From positions 64,001 to 128,000 of the forward strand of contig JBMNFY010000006.1 in the NCBI GenBank assembly GCA_050949565.1: DNA of 64,000 nt, read 5' to 3'. The notes under the pieces are model-generated. The model had not been told where the DNA came from, did no database searches, and saw only the letters and a program-made list of their open reading frames with translations. Positions 39,375 through 48,671 of the stretch are shown one piece after another. The DNA is from Kiritimatiellia bacterium (GTDB taxonomy: Bacteria; Verrucomicrobiota; Kiritimatiellia; RFP12; UBA1067). How positions within the stretch are numbered: the first letter of the stretch is position 1; each line of letters opens with the position of its first letter. The translations under genes were made by a program, and so were the position numbers.

Positions 39375-41386
39375 TGGATACGACTTCTTTTATTCAAGAT
39401 TTGGCCGTCGTTTTGGTTGCGGCGGGCGCGGTTGCGGCACTCTTCACCTATATTGGTTGGCCCAAAGTCATCGGGTATATCTTGGTCGGTGCTGTGGTCG
39501 GCAAATACACCTTTGGTGGCTCCCTGGTCATCAATCAGGGCAGCATCGAGGTGCTCGGACAGATCGGTGTGATCTTTCTGATGTTCACGCTTGGTCTGGA
39601 ATTCAGCGTTCAGAAACTCAAGAAGGTGGGACACGTCATCTTCCCGACTGCACTACTCGACATGGCGGTCATGATCTGGGCCGGCCACTTTGTCGGCACC
39701 AAGATCTTTGGGTGGGGGACGGTGCAGAGCCTTTTCCTAGGCGCGGCAATCAGCGACTCCGCAACGACGATGCTGGCCAAGACGATCAATGAAATGGGGT
39801 GGGGGGGACGCCGCTTCACCCGATACATCTTCGGCATCACGATCACTGAAGACATCATGTGCGTCGGCCTCATTGCCCTGCTGACCGGCCTCGTGAAATC
39901 GGGAAGCTTGCAGTTCAGCGCGATGCTGCACAGCATGGGCGGGCTTGTGCTCTTTATGACCGGCGTTATCGTGTTCGGCCTGTTGCTTGTGCCGCGCCTG
40001 TTGAATCGCGTCGCCCGGCTGAAGGATGATGAATCGCTGTTGCTGACGATGCTGGGCATTTGCTTCCTCGTTTCGTTCATCGCCGCGCGGCTCGATTACA
40101 ATCTGGCGCTGGGCGCGTTTCTGGTCGGCGTGATGGGCGCGGAGTCCGATGCGGTGAGACGCATCTATCATCTCTGTCAGCCGTTGCGCACGATGTTCAG
40201 TGCGATCTTTTTCGTCACGATCGGCCTGTTGATCGAGCCGGCTCAGATGTGGGCTAACGGGGCGGCGATCATCGGTGTTTCGCTGTTGGTGATCGTCGGC
40301 AAGGCCATCAACTGCACGGTCGGTTCGTTGCTGACCGGTCAGGATCTGAAAAACTCGATCCAGACAGGTATCGGCCTGGGGCAGATCGGCGAGTTCGCCT
40401 ATCTTGTGGCGCTGATCGGGTTGTCGATTGATGCGGTCGACTCATCGCTCTACCAGATCGCGGTCGGGGTGTCGGTCCTGACCACGATCGTGAATCCCTT
40501 CCTGTTGCGCGCATCCGATCCCTTCGCAGATTGGGTTGTGCGCAAGACTCCCGCGCGCTGGAAGGAGTATCTCGATACCTATGCCAATTGGACCGAGCGT
40601 TTCCTGCACAGCTCGGTGCCGAGCGACAAAGGGCGCTCGTTGCGTTTCAATCTGGTCATGCTGCTGTTGCACATGGCGCTGGTGGCGGTGGTGTATATTG
40701 CTGCGGGACTGTTGGCGCAGTTGGATTTCACGCGCTTTTCGCCGTGGATTGAAGCGAACAAGAAAATCCTGCTCTGGGGAACGGCTAGTCTGTTGGCTAT
40801 ACCCAATGCCATCTTCACCTTCTACCGTGCAGACGCATTGAGCGTCGCCGTCACAAACGTTCTGATTCCGCCCAAAGCTCAGGAGACTTTGTGGGCGGAA
40901 TCGTTCCAGAGGCTCACGCGCGTGCTGTTCGGCGTGTCGGGCGTGATCATCCTTTTCGTTGAGATGGCGCTGCTGAGCGGATCGATCATGCCGGAAGAAG
41001 GCTGGGCGCGTGCCCTCATCGCAGTGATCCTGCTACTGACGGCGGTGTTCGGGTGGAAGTTCTTCCGGCGGCTGGGTGCAGACTCGCTGGCAACGTTGCG
41101 GGGTGTGCTGACGAAGGAGGTCGAAACCAATCCCGCCGAATCAGCCGCAGAACTTCTGGACATTCACACCGAGCGGCTCACGGTAAGCGGCAGTTCGACA
41201 GTATGCGGCCAATCGTTGCGGGCGCTCAACCTGCGGGCGCGCGTCGGCGCGAGCGTCATCGGCATCGAACGCGAAGGCGCCACGCATGTGAACCCCACTC
41301 CAGACGCGACACTTGAGGCCGGCGACGTGCTTCTGGTGCTGGGCGACAACGACCAGATCGAGCGGACCCGGAAGTTGCTGGCATGA
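39374..41386 (+). CDS. CPA2 cation:proton antiporter with C-terminal TrkA-C domain
   Basis: GVIFLMFTLGLEFS, ITED, ALGAF, FSAIFFVTIG, QIGEF; C-terminal LRARVGASVIGIER...GDVLLVLG. Confidence 0.92.
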   Translation: MDTTSFIQDLAVVLVAAGAVAALFTYIGWPKVIGYILVGAVVGKYTFGGSLVINQGSIEVLGQIGVIFLMFTLGLEFSVQKLKKVGHVIFPTALLDMAVMIWAGHFVGTKIFGWGTVQSLFLGAAISDSATTMLAKTINEMGWGGRRFTRYIFGITITEDIMCVGLIALLTGLVKSGSLQFSAMLHSMGGLVLFMTGVIVFGLLLVPRLLNRVARLKDDESLLLTMLGICFLVSFIAARLDYNLALGAFLVGVMGAESDAVRRIYHLCQPLRTMFSAIFFVTIGLLIEPAQMWANGAAIIGVSLLVIVGKAINCTVGSLLTGQDLKNSIQTGIGLGQIGEFAYLVALIGLSIDAVDSSLYQIAVGVSVLTTIVNPFLLRASDPFADWVVRKTPARWKEYLDTYANWTERFLHSSVPSDKGRSLRFNLVMLLLHMALVAVVYIAAGLLAQLDFTRFSPWIEANKKILLWGTASLLAIPNAIFTFYRADALSVAVTNVLIPPKAQETLWAESFQRLTRVLFGVSGVIILFVEMALLSGSIMPEEGWARALIAVILLLTAVFGWKFFRRLGADSLATLRGVLTKEVETNPAESAAELLDIHTERLTVSGSSTVCGQSLRALNLRARVGASVIGIEREGATHVNPTPDATLEAGDVLLVLGDNDQIERTRKLLA

Positions 41387-42894
41387 GCACGGTGCGCGTC
41401 AGCGGACGTCAACTCACCGTTACGCACCGCGCGATAGCGGTGGCTGTCGGTCTGTTGCTGGTGCCGGGGCTTGTGCGGCCTGACGTGCAGACGACATCCG
41501 AGTGGCGGCTCTCTAGCGCATCCGCCGCGATGACGCTCGATCCGATGCGTAGCCATGCGGTGGTGGCGAGCGAGGCAACGGTTACACGGCCGGCGTGGCG
41601 TCGCGTGATCGAGCTGCTGCGTACGAAATATGAGGCGGAAGTTGTGCTCTATCCGACCGGACACTTGGAGCAGTCCTTGCCCAGCCTGCGGCGGCTCTTT
41701 CCGAACTATGCGTGTTTTGTCGAACCGCCAGAGACCTGCGGACGCGGGTTTGTTCTGGCGGTTCACCGACTGACGCGTCAACTCGATGATGATCCGTACG
41801 GAGATTTGCTCTGGGGCATTCTGACTGGCTATGAGGCCGACGACGCCGCGCGTGCGGTCAAGTTGCGTGAGCCGCTGATCATTAGGCGTGGCGCGACCAG
41901 TATGGGGCCGGATCTTCTGTCGCGGTTGGATGCCGGTTTCGCCACGAACGAAAACGCACCGTCGGACTTTTGGCGGAAATCTTCCGGTACGGTCGCCGCC
42001 GAGCACCGCAACGTGACGCCGGACGCCGCGCGCGCCTTGGCGCAGGCATTCCGCGAGATGTCGGTCGATGTCTTTTACACCAGCGGCCACGCTACAGAAC
42101 GGGACTGGCAGATCGCCTACAACCTGCCGGGAGGTGCGGTGATTCATGAACGCGGCGCACTCTATGCGGTGAGTACCGACAACACGCGGCACCCGTTTGA
42201 GTCGCCCAATCCCAAGGTTTATCTGCCGGTGGGCAACTGCTTGATCGGCCATATCGATACGCGTGATTGCATGACCACCGCGTGGTTGCATAGCGGAGGT
42301 GTCGCGCAGATGCTCGGCTATACTGCGGTCACGTTTTACGGGTACATGGGGTGGGGGACGGGCCTGCTGTTCGAGGATGGACGCCTGACGCTGAGCGAGG
42401 CATTTTTCCTGAACAACCAATCTCTGTTGCATGAGATGGAACGGCGCTTCCCGAACGCGTTGCGGACACAACCTGAATCAGACGACTACCGTAGCGTCAA
42501 GGTCTTTTGTCAACGACACCCCATGCGTGCGCGTGATGAACTCGGTCTGCTTTGGGATCGTGACACCGTCGCGTTTTACGGCGATCCGGCTTGGGCGGCG
42601 CGCTATCCGGTTGCAGGCGCGGCGGTTGAAACGGTCTTGACGCAGCGGGGGGAGCGCTGGGCGCTGACCGCGACCGCCCATCGAACTGGCGTGTGGGAAG
42701 ACCCCAAGTGGGGTGGCCGACCGTTGGCCGTCCTATTTCCCTTCCGTTTGTGTGATATCGCCAACGTTTCGTGCGAACCCAGTGGAGAAGCGTTGGTGAC
42801 TGACCGTTTTGCGCTGCTGCCCGTGTCCGGGCGACGTAAGGCGGGCGATCGCTACACACTGACTTTTACAGCGCGGCGTGTGGAAACGCCGTGA
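41383..42894 (+). CDS. Hypothetical exported protein, possible caspase/gingipain-fold (C25-like) peptidase
   Basis: N-terminal hydrophobic segment; YTSGHA, VGNCLIG and FYGDP in clan CD-like order. Confidence 0.5.
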   Translation: MSTVRVSGRQLTVTHRAIAVAVGLLLVPGLVRPDVQTTSEWRLSSASAAMTLDPMRSHAVVASEATVTRPAWRRVIELLRTKYEAEVVLYPTGHLEQSLPSLRRLFPNYACFVEPPETCGRGFVLAVHRLTRQLDDDPYGDLLWGILTGYEADDAARAVKLREPLIIRRGATSMGPDLLSRLDAGFATNENAPSDFWRKSSGTVAAEHRNVTPDAARALAQAFREMSVDVFYTSGHATERDWQIAYNLPGGAVIHERGALYAVSTDNTRHPFESPNPKVYLPVGNCLIGHIDTRDCMTTAWLHSGGVAQMLGYTAVTFYGYMGWGTGLLFEDGRLTLSEAFFLNNQSLLHEMERRFPNALRTQPESDDYRSVKVFCQRHPMRARDELGLLWDRDTVAFYGDPAWAARYPVAGAAVETVLTQRGERWALTATAHRTGVWEDPKWGGRPLAVLFPFRLCDIANVSCEPSGEALVTDRFALLPVSGRRKAGDRYTLTFTARRVETP

Positions 42895-42924
42895 CCCCAC
42901 GATAAAAAAGACAGGAGAGAGAGT

Positions 42925-43578
42925 ATGGAACCTCTGTTGGTAAAAAAGTTTAGCGCTGTGCCGGGTATGAACCTGACAGACATCGCTGAACGCCTGAATG
43001 CCGAGACGTCCGAAAACCGCGTGGCGTGCGTCAACTGGCCGCAACAGTATCCGGAGTGTCCGCAGGTCTCGTTCCGCATTGGCCACGCCGATGACGAGCT
43101 GTGGCTGGGGTTCAAGGTGCGTGAGTCCCGCGTACTGGGGCAGCAGACGCGCATTCATGGCGATGTGTACATGGACAGTTGCGTTGAGTTTTTTGTCTCG
43201 TTCGACAACAAAGCCTACTACAACCTCGAAATGAACTGCATCGGTACGCCGCACATGGGATATGGGCCGGGGCGCGCGGATCGGCGCTTTGTGCCGTTGC
43301 CCTTGATGCAACGGTTAGAGATCGAGACCTCGCTGGGACGCGAGCCGTTCGCCGAACGGGTGGGGGATGTCACATGGACACTGACGGCGCGCGTGCCGAT
43401 CGCCTGCTTCGCGTTTGATGTTTTGAGCGGTCTGAGCGGTCGTACAGCACGGGCCAACGCCTACAAGTGCAACAGCGGGGCGTCCATCAAACATTATGTG
43501 ACGTGGCGACCGGTTGATACACCGGCTCCAGATTATCACCGACCAGAATTTTTCGGCGACATTCGGTTCGAGGATTAA
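42925..43578 (+). CDS. Carbohydrate-binding family 9-like protein
   Basis: VYMDSCVEFF, YYNLEMNCIG, ANAYKC, PDYHRPEFFG. Confidence 0.88.
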   Translation: MEPLLVKKFSAVPGMNLTDIAERLNAETSENRVACVNWPQQYPECPQVSFRIGHADDELWLGFKVRESRVLGQQTRIHGDVYMDSCVEFFVSFDNKAYYNLEMNCIGTPHMGYGPGRADRRFVPLPLMQRLEIETSLGREPFAERVGDVTWTLTARVPIACFAFDVLSGLSGRTARANAYKCNSGASIKHYVTWRPVDTPAPDYHRPEFFGDIRFED

Positions 43579-43655
43579 TGGTGGGCGCTACAGGATTCGA
43601 ACCTGTGACTTCTACCGTGTGAAAGTAGCGCTCTAACCAACTGAGCTAAGCGCCC
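43579..43655 (-). tRNA. tRNA-Val (CAC)
   Basis: Reverse complement GGGCGCTTAGCTCAGTTGGTTAGAGCGCTACTTTCACACGGTAGAAGTCACAGGTTCGAATCCTGTAGCGCCCACCA. Confidence 0.95.
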
Positions 43656-43677
43656 GCACCGTCAGAAAACGAGGGGA

Positions 43678-43707
43678 TTTATACCATTGAGCAGGGCGGC
43701 GTGTCAA
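43678..43707 (-). promoter_or_regulatory. Sigma70-type promoter for tRNA-Val
   Basis: Minus strand TTGACA-18 nt-TATAAA with extended TG. Confidence 0.6.
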
Positions 43708-43728
43708 GGGCGTGCGTTAAAAAAACGC

Positions 43729-44370
43729 TCAACGCTCGAAGCAGAGCGCTTCGACCTGTGCGCAGAGCGCGTGGTAGAGCGGCAGGTGGAGTTCCTGCAC
43801 GCGGTAGGTTTCGGTTTCGGGCACTTTGAAAATCAGGTCGCAAAAGGCATCGATGCGCCCCGGTCGCGCCCCCGTGAAGCCAATAGTCGTCAAGCCTGCC
43901 GCTCGCGCCGTTTGCATAGCGCGCAAGACGTTTTCGGCATTGCCGCTGGTGCTGAGCCCGATCAGGATGTCGCCGGGACGGCCCAGTGCGAAGACCTGTT
44001 GCGCGAAGATCAGCTCAGGACCGAGGTCGTTCGCGGTCGCGGTGATAATCGACGCGGCGTCGCAAAGGTTGATGGCGCGCACGCCGCGTTGCAGTTTGGC
44101 GGCGAGCGATGCGTCGCCCAACTCGCGCGCGAGGGCGTCGGCCTGTTCGGATGCCGGCGGACGCCGTTTCAGAAATCCCTTCAGCAATTCGCTGGAGATG
44201 TGCGAGGCATCCGCGGCGCTGCCGCCATTGCCGCACAACAGCACCAGACCGTCACGTGCATGGCAATCAACGATGGTCTCCACGGCTGCGGCCAGTACGT
44301 CGGCAAGCGGGGCAAGGCACGGATAGCGCTGGAAAAGGTCGTCAGTCATATCGCGGATCATTTGATTCAT
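43729..44370 (-). CDS. gmhA: SIS-domain phosphoheptose isomerase-like protein
   Basis: CGNGGSAADASHI..EL, TATAND, FAQQV, GLSTSGN, QELH...H; substrate not established. Confidence 0.75.
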   Translation of the reverse strand: MNQMIRDMTDDLFQRYPCLAPLADVLAAAVETIVDCHARDGLVLLCGNGGSAADASHISSELLKGFLKRRPPASEQADALARELGDASLAAKLQRGVRAINLCDAASIITATANDLGPELIFAQQVFALGRPGDILIGLSTSGNAENVLRAMQTARAAGLTTIGFTGARPGRIDAFCDLIFKVPETETYRVQELHLPLYHALCAQVEALCFER

Positions 44371-44431
44371 GGTGAATCCAGTGTAGCGGAGGCGTGCGGA
44401 TAACGCAATGCTGCTTAGCAACCCATGAGTG

Positions 44432-45052
44432 TCAACGAAAAGACTCGCTGATGCGGAACACCTTGACGTCCTTCACCCACACCTTGCCATAACCGCTTTC
44501 GATGCCGTAGAGCAGCGTGAATCTGCCGCCAGCGGGCACGAGGTAATCAAACGACACCTTGCGCCAGTCGAACGTTCCGGCGCCAACAGACGAACTCGGC
44601 CATTGGGTGCTGCCCCCCGTCACGCCCACGAAGCCGCCGAACTTAATGTGTTCGCATCCCTTCACGTCTGCTGCCTTCATCATGCATTCGAAGCGGTACT
44701 TGCTGCCCGGCTTCACCTTGTCGCCGAGCCAGCGATGGACGACCGACCGCTTGCCGCCTTCCGGCACTACGATGGCACGTTCGACGCCGGTCTCGAACTC
44801 CGCCACGGTCTCGACGATGTCCTCGACCAGCTTCGGCAACGTGCGCCGCCTGCCGTCCATCAGCTCGGCCGTCAACGTCAACGTCTCCGCCGTCTTCTCG
44901 AGGCGTACGCATTCATCCGCAAGCGCATTCACCTCGGTGCGCAACGCAGCAACATCACGCCTCAACTCCTTGTTCCGCTCGTAGAGTTCGTCCGCCTCGT
45001 CCGCCACGGTGGCCATCGCCAGCACGACAACCATCAGAACAATCTTGACCAT
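44432..45052 (-). CDS. Secreted hypothetical protein: coiled coil + carbohydrate-binding-like beta-sandwich
   Basis: Signal peptide; heptad-rich segment; KPGSKYRF..MK...GTFDW...GKVWVKDVKV. Confidence 0.65.
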   Translation of the reverse strand: MVKIVLMVVVLAMATVADEADELYERNKELRRDVAALRTEVNALADECVRLEKTAETLTLTAELMDGRRRTLPKLVEDIVETVAEFETGVERAIVVPEGGKRSVVHRWLGDKVKPGSKYRFECMMKAADVKGCEHIKFGGFVGVTGGSTQWPSSSVGAGTFDWRKVSFDYLVPAGGRFTLLYGIESGYGKVWVKDVKVFRISESFR

Positions 45053-45073
45053 ATCGACCTCCGACCTGATAAC

Positions 45074-48000
45074 TCAACCGTCTTCACCGGCGCGAAACCG
45101 GGCTTCAGTACCTTGTCGCCACGGGGGGGGAAGCTCGACCGTGCGCGTGGCGTCACCAGCGCGGAATGTCCAGCGGCCGGGCTCGATGAATCGGAACCAC
45201 GCGCGGCCCTTCGCGTCCGCCCGCACGCCGATCGTGCGCGCCCCGTCAGGCGAGAAGGCCCACACATCCTGATTGGGCGCGGCCACGACGATCGCCTCGG
45301 CATCGGGGCCGAGACGCAACGGCGCCTGCGGGATGAGCGAATCGCGGTAGGCGTCGTTCACCGCGTTGCGCACATGCGACGGATAACGCGGATCGTAGGC
45401 GTTGATCGCATCGTGTCCGTAGATCCAGTTGTGCCCGATGACGCTGGCCGCGATCGGACGGTACTCGCTGCCGGAAAGCGCCGGCCAGTCGAGGCGCAGC
45501 CAAGGGAACTGATCCGCTGCCTGGCCCGGCGGCAGCACGCCGTTCTCCCGCCAGCTTTTGAACACCGCTTCGGTGATGCCCTGCGGATTGCCCTTCCCGG
45601 TGTCGTCACGTCCGATGAAGCCGTCGCTGGAAAGGCCCATGTAGATCTGCCCCGGTACACCGAGTTCGCGGTAGAGAGAGGCGATGCGCCGCACGCGCAG
45701 GGCCTTCTTGCGCACGACCTCGGGTTTCGCGCCCACCCAGTTGTCCCACGCGCCGTATGACGTGTAGAGGGTCTCGCCGAACACAGCGGGGCGCCATTCG
45801 TAGGCGCGCTGCCAGTCACGCACCCAGGTTTCGACATTGAAATCGGGGTAGTGGTAGTTCGCGGTGTCGCAGGGGGGCTCCTCGTGCCAACGGCCCTTCG
45901 AACCCCAGGTGCCCACGTCACCGTCGCGGGTGATGACGAGCCGCGGGTCGAGCTTCTTCATGAACTGCCCGTAGAGCGCGCCCACGCGGTCGTTGCGCAC
46001 GTTGAATTCGGCTTTGCCCGCAGTATCCCACGTCTGGGTGAAGATCTCGTTGTCGGTGCTCCAGATCACGGCGCTGGGGGAGTTGCGGAAGGCGCGGAAC
46101 CAGCGTTCGTAGTTGGCGAGGTTAAAGGCGTGCTCCGCGGTCTTCTCCCATTCCTCGAAGGGTTCGAAGTTGTCCGCACTCGGCTTCTTCAGTGCGCGCC
46201 GATGGAGCACGGGGTACATCTGGAGGTAGCAGAGCATGCCCATGCGGTCAGCGGCTCGCGCCGCGTTGATGCTCCAGAACTCGCTGTCGTGGTAGCGCAC
46301 GATGTTGATGCCGTCTCGGCGCAGAAGATCCCAGGTGATCTCGCGGCGACGGCCCGTGCTGATGCCGGGGTGGCCGGTGTCACCCTGCAGGATGATACGC
46401 TTGCCATTGAGGAAGAAGTCGGTGTAGTGTACCCAGAACTCGCGAAAGCCGAACGGCTGCACATGGCGGTCCACGATACGGCTGTCCACCACCACGTCAG
46501 TGACGAGATCGTACATCTCCGGCTCGCCGTACTTGCCGCCGATGCCCCACAGGACAGGATCGGCCCAGCGCGCCACAGGCTCCACCTTCGCCTCGCCGCC
46601 CGGCGCGACCTTCGCCTTCGCCACGGGCAGCGCGAGACGCACGCGGCCGTCTTTGACCGCATACGCGCGTACCTCAGCCGCGACCGCGTCGGCACTTTCG
46701 TTGACGAGTTCGATCTCCGTACAGAGGGTTGAACGGCGCCAGGACGGCTTCGCATAGACCTCCTTCACCCGCACGGGCGAAACGTAGTCGATGAAGGTGT
46801 CGCCCAACAGACCATCCGTGTTGTGATGCTGCTGGCACCAGGCCCACTTCAACTCGATCTCGATCGTGTTACGCCCTTTCACCGCGCCCTTCAGCGGTAC
46901 GGTCACGATGCCCATGCGTCCGCAGTACTCGCCGCACGGCGTGCCGTTGCAGAAGAACTTCGCTTCGCCGATGATGCCCTCCGAAACGTAGTTGACCGTG
47001 CCCGCGCCGTCCCAGTCGAACGTGGTGCGCAGACGCAACGAACGGTTGTGATCGCCGAAGAGCGTGTCTGAGACCTTGAAGTCGGCAAAGCCGGCGAGGT
47101 TGGTGTAGGCGCACCAGGGCGTTTTCGGATTCGTACGCGCCACGGGATACCGTCCGGCGGCGAAATAGCGGTCGATGTAGACGATCGGCACGGGGCGGCG
47201 TTCCCAACTCTTGCCGCCGTCCGCCGAGACGTCCCACTCGCCGTTGATGCACAGTCGGCGGCGCGTCGCAGGGGCCGGCGGCAGCGGATCGTCGGAGGAC
47301 TTCGCCCCCAGCGCCGCCTCCCGCGCATGCTGCTCGGCGTACTTCTCCTCCACGCGCTCATACGCGACGGCGAGCGCACGTTCTGCGGCGGCGACCTTAG
47401 CGGCAAGCTCCTTTTGTCGGCTCTTGAGGTCCGGCAGACGCGCTTTGAGTTCGGCCAGTTCTTTTTCGAGTGCTTCGTTCGCGGCGCGGAGCTTTTCTGG
47501 CGTGCGTTCCGCCGCCTTCTGGTCTTCGATCACGAGACGATGCCCGCTCGGGTCGGTGAAGAACCGCACGCCCGGAATCGCCTTGTCCTCGCGGTCGGTC
47601 ACCGCCAGCGTGAAACCGCAACTCTGGGTACGGTCGACCACCTTGAGCAGGATGCGGTGGACGCCGGCGGAAAGGCGCACATCGTACTTGAACTCGCCGG
47701 GCGTGACGCCCTGCGAAGACGCGCGGCGGCCGATCTGCGCGAGGTTGAGCCAGAGCTTGTGGTCGTCGTCCGACCCCACCGCAAGCCGGGCATCAACCGC
47801 CTCGGGCACCGCCACATAGCAGCAGGCATAGGCGGCGAAATAGTCGTCGATCGGCTTGAACACGCCATCCAGAGTCACGATGCCCTGCGCGTCGGCGTCA
47901 ATCTGCCGCCAGGAGGCGTCGAAGGTCTTGGTCTCCTTGAATCCCCATTCGTTGACGGACCCGATGCCGGCAATGAGCTTTGCCTTGTCGGCGATGAACG

Positions 48001-48244
48001 TGCTCTCCGCCTTCATGCCTTTTACCGGCACGGCGTCCGTCTCAAGATCAAGGAAGTCGGTGTCAAGAGCACCCGCGCCGTCGCCCTGGTAGCTTGGCCA
48101 CGGTCCGCTCGCAAGCCACGAATCGACCGTCCCCGGCCATTTGTCGGCACCGGACGCAGCGCACGCGGTGGCGGTTGCTAGCGTAACCGCCGCCAGCAAA
48201 ACAGAACGAGAGATCTCGCCCTTGAATTCGTCAAGGATTCGCAT
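45074..48244 (-). CDS. Secreted GH2-like glycoside hydrolase with N-terminal PA14-like domain and internal coiled coil
   Basis: GSDDDHKLWLN; INGEW; FGFREFW..FFLNGKRI.LQG; GINIVRYH; ADRMGM; RNSPSAVIWSTDNE. Confidence 0.8.
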   Translation of the reverse strand: MRILDEFKGEISRSVLLAAVTLATATACAASGADKWPGTVDSWLASGPWPSYQGDGAGALDTDFLDLETDAVPVKGMKAESTFIADKAKLIAGIGSVNEWGFKETKTFDASWRQIDADAQGIVTLDGVFKPIDDYFAAYACCYVAVPEAVDARLAVGSDDDHKLWLNLAQIGRRASSQGVTPGEFKYDVRLSAGVHRILLKVVDRTQSCGFTLAVTDREDKAIPGVRFFTDPSGHRLVIEDQKAAERTPEKLRAANEALEKELAELKARLPDLKSRQKELAAKVAAAERALAVAYERVEEKYAEQHAREAALGAKSSDDPLPPAPATRRRLCINGEWDVSADGGKSWERRPVPIVYIDRYFAAGRYPVARTNPKTPWCAYTNLAGFADFKVSDTLFGDHNRSLRLRTTFDWDGAGTVNYVSEGIIGEAKFFCNGTPCGEYCGRMGIVTVPLKGAVKGRNTIEIELKWAWCQQHHNTDGLLGDTFIDYVSPVRVKEVYAKPSWRRSTLCTEIELVNESADAVAAEVRAYAVKDGRVRLALPVAKAKVAPGGEAKVEPVARWADPVLWGIGGKYGEPEMYDLVTDVVVDSRIVDRHVQPFGFREFWVHYTDFFLNGKRIILQGDTGHPGISTGRRREITWDLLRRDGINIVRYHDSEFWSINAARAADRMGMLCYLQMYPVLHRRALKKPSADNFEPFEEWEKTAEHAFNLANYERWFRAFRNSPSAVIWSTDNEIFTQTWDTAGKAEFNVRNDRVGALYGQFMKKLDPRLVITRDGDVGTWGSKGRWHEEPPCDTANYHYPDFNVETWVRDWQRAYEWRPAVFGETLYTSYGAWDNWVGAKPEVVRKKALRVRRIASLYRELGVPGQIYMGLSSDGFIGRDDTGKGNPQGITEAVFKSWRENGVLPPGQAADQFPWLRLDWPALSGSEYRPIAASVIGHNWIYGHDAINAYDPRYPSHVRNAVNDAYRDSLIPQAPLRLGPDAEAIVVAAPNQDVWAFSPDGARTIGVRADAKGRAWFRFIEPGRWTFRAGDATRTVELPPPWRQGTEARFRAGEDG

Positions 48245-48589
48245 CGATTCTGAACCCTCTCCTCATGCCAATGCCTCACGAGACGAACTATACCACAGCC
48301 GGACGAAAACAGGCAACGTAATCGGGTTTACCACGAAGGCACGAAGGGCACGAAGATTTTTTGGAGGGCGAGCCTGTTATTGCGACCACCCGGTGGTCGC
48401 AATGATGAGTGTAAAAACGGGCGGGCGGACGGGCACTGGGCGCGCGCAAACCAGACACCAGACTTGCGCCGCGCGACGTGGCACGGGCATCTTGCCCGTG
48501 TGGCGGCGTGAAACGCCGCCCGGACAAGCAGACGCTTGTCCCTCCCGGTACTGCGCGAGCCCAGATAACAAGACGGGGGCGGACACGAC

Positions 48590-48651
48590 GAATTCGATGG
48601 AATCGAAAGAATCGACGGAATCGAATCACTCGAATCTTTCGATTCCCTCGA
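48590..48651. repeat. Inverted 9-bp-period repeat cluster (GAATCGA units, then TCGATTC-like units)
   Basis: AATTCGATGGAATCGAAAGAATCGACGGAATCGAATCACTCGAATCTTTCGATTCCCTCGA. Confidence 0.75.
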
Positions 48652-48671
48652 CCACTTCTCACTATTACCTC

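Noticed and set aside
25789-43655. Integrative element at either tRNA
   Set aside because: No integrase and no duplicated tRNA 3' end seen; the AT-rich islet lies on the 5' side of tRNA-Ile2
44429-45760. Long antisense or alternate-frame ORFs (also 5067-6176, 14396-15781, 20420-21694, 27487-28725, 41164-42471)
   Set aside because: They shadow well-supported genes, have no motifs, and are expected from high-GC codon bias
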